Source of the DNA: an uncultured Pirellulales bacterium
Lineage (GTDB): Bacteria > Planctomycetota > Planctomycetia > Pirellulales > JALHLM01
NCBI GenBank assembly: GCA_964618485.1
Contig: CAZUBB010000001.1
Span: 1-54,395 of the forward strand
Length of the DNA stretch: 54,395 bases
Reading direction: 5' to 3'
Position 1 is the stretch's first letter. The number at the start of each line of letters is the position of its first letter. A program made the translations under genes and the position numbers. Positions 9,301 to 18,300 of the stretch are shown here, piece by piece. Under the pieces are notes generated by a model. It was not told where the DNA came from, did no database searches, and was given only the letters and a program-made list of their open reading frames with translations.

Positions 9301-12300
9301 CGTCGGCGACACCGTGACCGGAAACGTGGGGGCCAATGGGCGCGAGGTGAGCTATTTCTCGTTCGAGGGGACGACCGGTCAGCAGATTTTCTACGACGCC
9401 CTCGACGGCGATTTTGACGGGACGTTCGCCTCGATTCGCGATCCGTTCAACAACGAACTCCGCGGCGCGAATGGCGACTTGGACTCGGGCGTGTTGTCGC
9501 TGACCGTGGATGGGACCTACCAGGTCATCATGTACGGCAGCACGCCGAACGCCGATTTTGCGTTCGTATTGCGCGACCTGGCGGACGCCGCGCCGTTGGC
9601 GGTCAATGCGGAAGTGACGGGGCAGACTTCGCCGGGGCGCGACACCGTTATGTACACGTTCGATGCCGTGGCGGGGCAGACGCTGTACTTCAACGGGCTG
9701 GACAACGACAACGACGCGACGCAGGTGTTCATTCAGAACGCGAAGTTCCAGACGGTGTTGCAGCGAAACAGTTCGGCGGAGGATGGGCTGTTCACGGCGA
9801 ACGCCACGGGACGCTATTACGTGTTCCTGGTCGGGCGGACCGACGCGGCGGAGGACTATCGGTTTGCGATCCGCGATGTTTCCGGCGCGACGACGATCGA
9901 TTACGGCGACGAAGTGGCGGGGACGCTGGCGCTGGGGACGAACCATGTCGTGTATCGCTTCGACGGCGCGGCGGGGCAGCGGATTTACTTCGATGGGCTC
10001 GACACCGACTCTGATGCGGTGAACGCGCGGATTCTCAGCCCGACTGGAGTGACGTATCGCCACTTGAACGCGGACGACAACTCAGGGGTGTTTTCGCTGG
10101 GAGAGACCGGCGCGCATTATGTGATCGTCGAAGGGAACGCGGCGGCGGGGGCGGATTATCGCTTTCAACTGTTGGACGTCGACGCCGCGCCGGTGCTGAC
10201 GTACGGCGTCGACATCAGCGCGACGCTCAATCCGGGGCGCGAGGTGCAGGTGTATCGCGTGCCGGGCGTGCCGGGGAACGCGGTGTTGTTCGACAGCCTG
10301 GGAGGGACCGGAGGGAACGCGAGCTGGATTCTGTTCGATCCCGCCAATCGGCAGGTGGTGGGCACGGATCAGACCGTGGACTTTACGTCGACGCTCCTTT
10401 ATCACGGCGACTACGTGCTGGTCGTGTCGGGCAATGCACTGGCGCCGGTGAATTATTCGTTCCGGGCGACGAGCACGACGCTGCCGAGTGCGCCTTTGAC
10501 GGGCTTTGGCGTCAATCAGACGGCGGAGCTGGGGATCAATGAATCGGCGACGTTCAATTTCTCCGCGCCGATCGGGGCGCTGTTGTATCTCGACGTGTTG
10601 CAGAGCACGTTCGAGGTGCCGACGCATACGATCACGTTGAATGCCGGCCAGACGTACCTGGTGCGCGACGCGCTGGGGTCGAACGACTTGACCGGCACCG
10701 TGATTACGGCCGACAAGCCGGTGGCGGCGTATGGTTCGCACTTGTGCGGGTTTGTGCCGGACTTCACGGGGTTCTGCGATCACCTCGTCGAGCAGTTGCC
10801 GCCGACCGATGCCTGGGGGCGGGAGTTCGTGACGGTGCCGCTGGCGACGCGGCTGAACGGCGATACGTTCCGGTTCTTGGCGCAGGACGACGACACCGAA
10901 GTGCGGGTGAACGGCGCGCTCGTGGCGACGCTCGATCGCGGCGAGTTTCACGAGCGCGTACTGACCGTGGCGAGCGAAATTTCGGCGACGCGTCCAATTC
11001 TGGTGGCGCAGTATTCGAACGGTTCGACGTTCGACAACGTGACCAGCGATCCGTTCATGGTGTACCTGCCGCCGTACGAGCAGTTCCTCAGCAACTACAC
11101 GGTGACGACGCCGGCGACTGGGTTTCCGATCAATTATGTGAACGTGGTGGCGTCGGCGGCGGACGTGGGCTTGATTGAGTTGGATGGTATGCCGATCGCG
11201 GCGAACTTGTTTTCGGCGATCGGCGCGAGCGGCTTCTTCGGCGCGAAGGTGGCGGTGGAACTCGGCTCGCACACGCTGGCGGGACCGTCGCCGTTCGGGT
11301 TGACGGTGTACGGTTACTCGAATTTTGACTCGTACGGCTACGTCGGCGGGCAGTCGCTGGCGCCGGTGGCGGCCGCGGCTTCGCTGGACGTGACCGTGCA
11401 GCAATCGGTCGTGCCAATCGGCTCAGAGGCGGTCGTACGGGCGACGGTGCGCGACGATCAGGGAGCGCCGCTCGCCGGCGTGCGCGTCGACTTCGCCGTG
11501 GCGGGGGCGAATCCGCAGACGGCGTTCGCGTTCACCGATGACGACGGCGTGGCGACGTTGCGCTACGTGGGCACGGTCGATGGGTTGGACACGATCGACG
11601 CCACGGTGAGCAACCTGGTGGACACGGCGACGATCACGTGGGGCGCGGCGATCGGCGGGCCGTCGATTTCGATTCTCACGCCGGAGGAGGGCGCGGAGAT
11701 CGCCGCGGGAACTACGGTCGCTGTGGCGGGGTTGGCGGAGGCGGATCGGCCGTTCGCGTCGGTGATTCTGGTGACGGTGAACGGGCAGCCGGTCGAGGCG
11801 CTCGACGCCGCGGGGAATTTCTTCGTGCGGCTGGCGGTGCTGCCGGGGGACAACGTTTACGAATTCGAAGTGACCGACTCGCGCGATCAGACGGCACGGA
11901 CGACGCTGGTGCTGAAGGGAGAGCAACGCGCGGCCGGGGACGTGGCGTTTGACTTGTTGAGCAATGTTTCGGCGAGCTTTGCGCCGCAATACGCGCGGAC
12001 GTCGCTTAAGGAGGACGAGGATACGTTGTTTGCGGACATCTCGATCCGCAACGACGGGCAGTATCCGGCCGATGCGCCGCTCTTTGTGGCGATCACGAAT
12101 TTGAGCGATCCGACGGTGCGGGTGCTGGACGCCGACGGCTACACGCCGGACGGTGCGCCGTATTACGACTTCACGGGACTTGTCACGGGCGGGACGCTCG
12201 CGCCGCGGAGCGCGACGGGCTTTCTGGCGGCGGCGTTTTCCGCGCCGGGGCGGACGCAGTTCACGTATGACTTGAAGTTCTTCGGGAAGCTGAACACCGC

Positions 12301-15300
12301 GCCGGCGTTTGCGACGACGCCGGTGGTGGATGGGCTGGCGGGACGGAGCTACCGCTACGAGGCGTTCGCTACGGATGACGACGGCGATACTGTGGCGTAC
12401 TCATTGCCGGTCGCGCCGGAAGGGATGCTGATTGACAGCGCGACGGGCGCGATCGATTGGTTGCCGGAAGCGGACGATCGGGGCGTTCATGAAGTAATCG
12501 TGCTGGCCGACGACGGGCGCGGCGGGACGACGGAGCAGCGCTTCCTGGTGATGGTGGTGACGCCGCCGCCGAACCGGCCGCCGGTGTTCAGCACGTTGCC
12601 GGTGGTGTCGGCGGAGTCCGAGGCGGCGTATCGCTACGACGCCGATGCAAGCGACGCCGACGGGGATGCGCTCGTGTTTACGCTGACGACCGCGCCGGTC
12701 GGGATGACGATCGACGACGCGACCGGGGTGATTACCTGGACGCCTGGTGCGGGGCAATTGGGAGATTTCAACGTCGCGGTGCTGGTCGACGACGGCGCCG
12801 GGGGCGTGGCGACGCAGCAATACGTGGTGTGCGTGCAGCCGAGTTCGTCGAATTACGCGCCGGTGATTACGAGCGCGGCGGAGTTGTTCGCGACGGGGGA
12901 TTATGAGTACCAGGTGCAGGCGCTCGATGCGAATGGAGATGCGCTGGCTTACTCGCTCGAAGTGGCGCCGGCGGGAATGACCATCAATCCGGCGACGGGG
13001 TTGATCACGTGGGCGACGACGCCAACGGATGAAAGGACGCATGACGTTGCGGTGCGCGTGGTGGATGGGCGGGGCGGGAGCGATACGCAGACGTTCACAT
13101 TGACGGTCAACGACAACGTCGCGCCGACCTTTACCACCGCGCCGGTGACGGCGGCGACCGTGGGCGTGCTTTATGTGTACGACGTCAACGCGGTGGACGC
13201 CGACGCGATCAATTACTCGCTCGCACAGGGGCCGTCGGGGATGACGATCGACGCCGCCAACGGCGTGATTCAGTGGACGCCGGGGGCGACGCACTTCGCG
13301 CAGGAGCGCGTCGTGGTCGAAGCGAACGACGGCCGTGGCGGGAAGACGCAGCAGGCCTTTGTGATTCAATTGGCGAATGGGCTGAGCCTGGCGGGGAACG
13401 TTGCGCCGAAGTTCATCACCACTGCGCCGACGAGCGGCGCGGCGCGGCAGGTATATCGTTACAATGCCGTAGCCATCGATCCGAATGGCGACCCGGTGAC
13501 CTACGATCTGGCGCTGGCGCCGGCCGGGATGGCGATCGATCCGGCGACGGGGGCAATCGCTTGGACGCCGCGCGCGGAGCAAGTAGGGGTGCAGCAGTTC
13601 GTCGTTCGCGCTAAAGACAACCAAGGGGGCGTGACGCTGCAATCGGTGAGCGTCACGATCGGCGCGGCGAACCACGCGCCGGTGTTCTCGAGTACTGCTG
13701 GGACGCAGGCCGTGGTGGGCGCGGCGTTTGGGTATATGGTCGCGGCGCAGGACGCCGACGGCGACACGCTGAGCTTTACGCTGATCGACGGCCCGGATGA
13801 CGCGACGCTGGGCGAGGTGTTCGGCGTGCCGAATCGCGGGATTCTGGTGTGGTTTCCCGACGCCGCGGGGCCGGAGTCGTTCACCATCGAGGTGCGCGAC
13901 GGCCAGGGGGGGACGGCGACGCAGCAATTTGTCGTCACCGCCGTGGCGACCGCGCCAAATCATGAACCGGAGATTACGACTGAGCCGCGGGCATCGATTC
14001 CGCTCGGGCGGACATGGTTTTACTTGCCTGAGGCGAGTGATGAGGACCATGACCGGTTGTTGTACGCGCTCGACGAAGGCCCGGCGGCGATGTCGATCGA
14101 TCCGGTGACGGGGCAACTGATTTGGACGCCGAACGCGGTAGGCGTGACGCAGGTGACGCTGCGGGTGAGCGACGGCCGCGGCGGCGAGATGTCGCAGGCG
14201 TTCGAGATCGAGGTCACCGCGGAAGAGGCGAACGGCGCGCCGACGATCGTTTCCGTGCCGTTGACGTCGGCGGTGGTGACCGATTCCGAGTTCCGGTATC
14301 ACGCGCGGGCGGTCGATCCGGATCATGATCCAGTGGCTTGGAGTTTGGTCGATGGGCCCGAGGGCGTGTCGATCGATCCGCTGAGCGGCGAGGTGCGTTG
14401 GACGCCACGGGCCGATCAGTTGGGCGCGCAGACGATCGTGATTCAGGTCGTCGATCCGTTCCTGGCGAGCGCGACGCAGACGATTCATGTCGTGGCGACG
14501 TGCTGCAATCAGCCGCCGGCGATTTTGTCGCGGCCAGTGACGACGGCCAACGCCGATGCGCGGTACATCTACGGCGTGCGGGCGATCGACCCTGAGAACG
14601 CGACACTGACGTATTCGTTGGTCGACGCGCCGAGCGGGATGACGATCGACGCGGCGACGGGAGTGATTCGCTGGACGCCGACGGTGGCGCAGTTGGGCGT
14701 CGCGGACGTGCGGGTGCGCGTGACTGACGCGAGCGGCGCGAGCGCCGAGCAGGCGTATGCGATCGACGTGACGCAGGTGATTCCGGACCTGGCGCCGATT
14801 TTCCGATCGCGGGCCGTATTCCGCGCGACGGTCGGCGCGCCGTACGAATACGAGGCCGAGGCGGTCGATCCCGAGGGGACGTTGGTGACGTATTCGCTGT
14901 TGAGCGCACCGGCGGGGATGACCATCGATCCGAACAGCGGTCTGATCGCGTGGATGCCTGCGGCGGCGCAGGCCGGGCCGCATGTGGTGATCGTGGCGGC
15001 GGACGACGCGGCGGGAAATCGCGGGCAGCAGCGCTATGCTCTGCTGGCGCGGGTGAATCAAGCGCCGGAGATTGTTTCGGAGGCGCCGACAACGATTTCG
15101 GCGGGCGCGGTTTACTTGTACGACGTGCAGGTGGACGATCCCGAAAACGATCCGATTACCTTCACGCTGCTCGAAGCGCCGGAAGGGATGACGATTGACG
15201 CCTTGGGGCGGATCGCGTGGACGACGGCGCTCGCGAACCTCGGCACGCACGCGGTGACGGTGCAGGCGGCGGATGCGCATGGGTTGGTCGACACTCAAAC

Positions 15301-18300
15301 GTTCACGCTCACCGTCGCGCCGGATACGATTGCGCCGCGGGTGAGCGTGACGTTGAGCTCGCCGCGTGTGGCGATTGGTTCGCCGGTGGTGATTACCGTG
15401 CAGGTGATGGACGACGTGGGAATCGCGCATCTCGCGCTGACGATCAACGGCCAGCCGGTGACGCTGAGCGAGCAGGGGACGGCGATTTTCACGCCGGATG
15501 CGCCGGGACAGTTGAACGTGGTGGCGACGGCGACCGATGCGGCCGGAAACGTGGGCCAAGGGAATGCTTTGCTGCGGGCGTTCGATCCGGCCGACACGGA
15601 CGGTCCGCTCGTGGAGATCACGAGCCCGAGCGACGGTACGGTCGTGACGAGGATCACCGAAGTTTTCGGCACCGTGAGCGATGCGAACTTGCTGTCGTAT
15701 CGCGTGGAGTATGCCCGGGCCGATCTGGTGGATGTGAACGATCCGACAGCGGACGACCCGGATTGGAAGTTGATTGTGGAGTCGAGCACGTCGGTGGTGA
15801 ATGATACGCTGGGCGCGTTTGACCCGACGATGCTGTTGAATGACAGCTATGTGGTGCGGGTGATCGCGGAGGATTCGAGCGGGAATCTCACGGCGCGGAC
15901 CGTGGCATTGAGCATCGACGGCGATTTGAAGCTCGGGGAGTTCGCGATTTCGTTTGTCGATCTTGCCGTGCCGGTGGCGGGGATTCCGATTACCGTGCGC
16001 CGCACGTATGACACGCGGCAGGCGGGCGAGAGCGGTGATTTTGGCTTTGGCTGGACGCTCGATTTGCAAAACGGACAGGTGCGGGAGTCGGTGCCGGTGA
16101 GCGACCTTGAGCTGCAGGGGCTGTACTTCGGCGCGAATCCGTTTGAGTTCGGCACGCGCGTGTTTATCACCGGGCCGGACGGTCGCCGGCGCGGATTTAC
16201 GTTTGAGCCGACGCCGCAGTTCAGCCTGTTCGGCGGCGGTTATTGGTTGCCGGCCTTCCGGCCGGACCCGGGCGTGTATGACACGCTGGAAGTGGATCCC
16301 ACGCCGTTGCAACTGCGCGCGGATGGGACATTCGGTCAGCACTTGGTCGGGTTTCCGTACAACCCGTCGGTCTATCGGCTCACATCGCGTGAAGGGACCG
16401 TGTATCAGTACGATCAGTTTTTCGGTTTGCAACAGGTGACCGATCGGAACGGGAAGACGTTGACGTACAGCGGGGATCGGATCGTCAGCTCGACCGGCAA
16501 GGAGGTGCGGATCGAACGGGATTCGTTCGGGCGGATCGCGCAGATTGTCGATCCCGCTGGGCGGGCGATCCGTTATGCGTACGATGCGCAGGGGAATCTG
16601 GTCGAGGTGACCGACCGCACCGGCGAGAGCACGAAGTACGAGTACCACGCCACACAGGCGCACATTCTGGTGAAGGAGATCGACCACGCGGGGCGCGCGA
16701 CGCTGACGGCGGAATACGACGCCGCAGGACGGCTCATCGGACTGGCGGGGCCCCATGGGTCTGCGTCGCAATCGATCAGCGATCCCGATGCGCAGACGGA
16801 GTTGCTCACTGACCCTGAAGGGCATGCGACGCTGGTGACGTACGATGACCGCGGGAACGTGATTGCTTCGCGCGACCCGATCGGCGGCGTGTGGAACAGC
16901 AACTACGACGCGGCGGGGAACCTGCTTTCGGCGAGCGACCCGAGCGGGAATACGATTACTCGGGAGTTCGATGATCGCGGCAATGTGGTGCGGATGACCG
17001 ATCCGTTCGGCGGCGTGTATCTGACGGAATACAACGCCTTTAACCAGATTACGAGGCTGACCGATCCGCTGGGGCGCGTGGCGACGTACGAGTACGACGC
17101 GCGGGGGAACCTGGTCGCGATGATCAACCCGGCGGGGGAGCGGAGCGAGTTGGAAGTCGACGCCGAGGGGCGGACGATCTCGCAGACCGACGTGATGGGG
17201 AATGTGACGCGGCTGGTGTACGAGGAGGGGACGCAGCCGACGGAGCAGATTTTCGCCGATGGCACGCGGCGGCGCGTGGAGTACAACTCGAGCGGGCAGG
17301 TGACGCGCGAGATCGACGAGAACGGGCACGCCACGGACTACACGTACGACGCGGAAGGGCGGCTGGTGAAGATCGTGGACGCGATCGGCCGCGTGACGAC
17401 GATGACGTACGACGGGGACGAACTCGCGACGTCGACCGATGCGCTGGGCGTGGTGACGCGTTACGAGCGCGACGAGGCGAAGCGGATTGTGCGCCTGGTG
17501 CGAAACGCCGCGCCGACGACGACGCTCGTGAGCATCAACGCCGTGGAGGATGCGCCGGAGAGCGTCACGCAGTTCGAGTACAACGACAACAACCAGGTGG
17601 TGGCCGAGATCAGCCCGATCGGCGGAAGAACGGAGTACACGTACGACGATCGCGCGTTGCTGGCGACGATTACCGACGCGCTCGGCTACGTGACGCGGCT
17701 GGAGTACGATCCGGCGGGGAATCTGAGCAAGATCACGGACGGTCGCGGCAACGCGGTGATCTATCGCTACGACGCAATGAACCGGTTGATCGAGCAGGAG
17801 GACGCGTTCGGGTTCGTGCAGAAGTACACGTACGACGCGCTCGGGAATCAGACGAGCTACACCGATCAACTGGGGCGGATGTCGACCTTCGAGTACGACG
17901 CGTTCAATCGCCTGGTGAAGGCGATCGATCCGCTGGGAGCGGTGCAGCGGAAGGCGTTCGACGCGCACGGCAATGCGGTGGAGTACGTCAACCCGAACGG
18001 CGAGTCGTCGCACGCGGAGTACGATGCGCGGCATCGCATGACGAAGTTGACCGACGCATTGGGACAGGCGATCACCTACACGTACGACGCGGCCGGTAAT
18101 CGTGAGACGATCGCCGATAAGCTGGGCGAGACGTGGACCTACACATACGACGCGGCGAATCGCCTGATTTCGACGCTCGATCCGCTGGGGGGCGTCGAAG
18201 ACTACGAGTACGATGCGCTCGATCGGATGGTGACGCAGACCGACGTGCTCGGGCGGACGCAGCGTTGGACGTACAACGAATTGGGCGACACGACGTCCTA

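Noticed and set aside
4505-11404. A series of 350-560-aa minus-strand ORFs (4505-6181, 6749-8068, 9002-10063, 10082-11404) antisense to the giant gene
   Set aside because: They show the same Arg/His/Pro-rich low-complexity translations and no motifs. They are antisense shadows of the real plus-strand CDS.
6410-15320. Highly periodic sequence that might be taken for a CRISPR or tandem DNA repeat array
   Set aside because: The periodicity is about 300 nt and exists at protein level only (PPC-like and cadherin-like modules). There are no short identical direct repeats with unique spacers, and the region lies inside one continuous reading frame.
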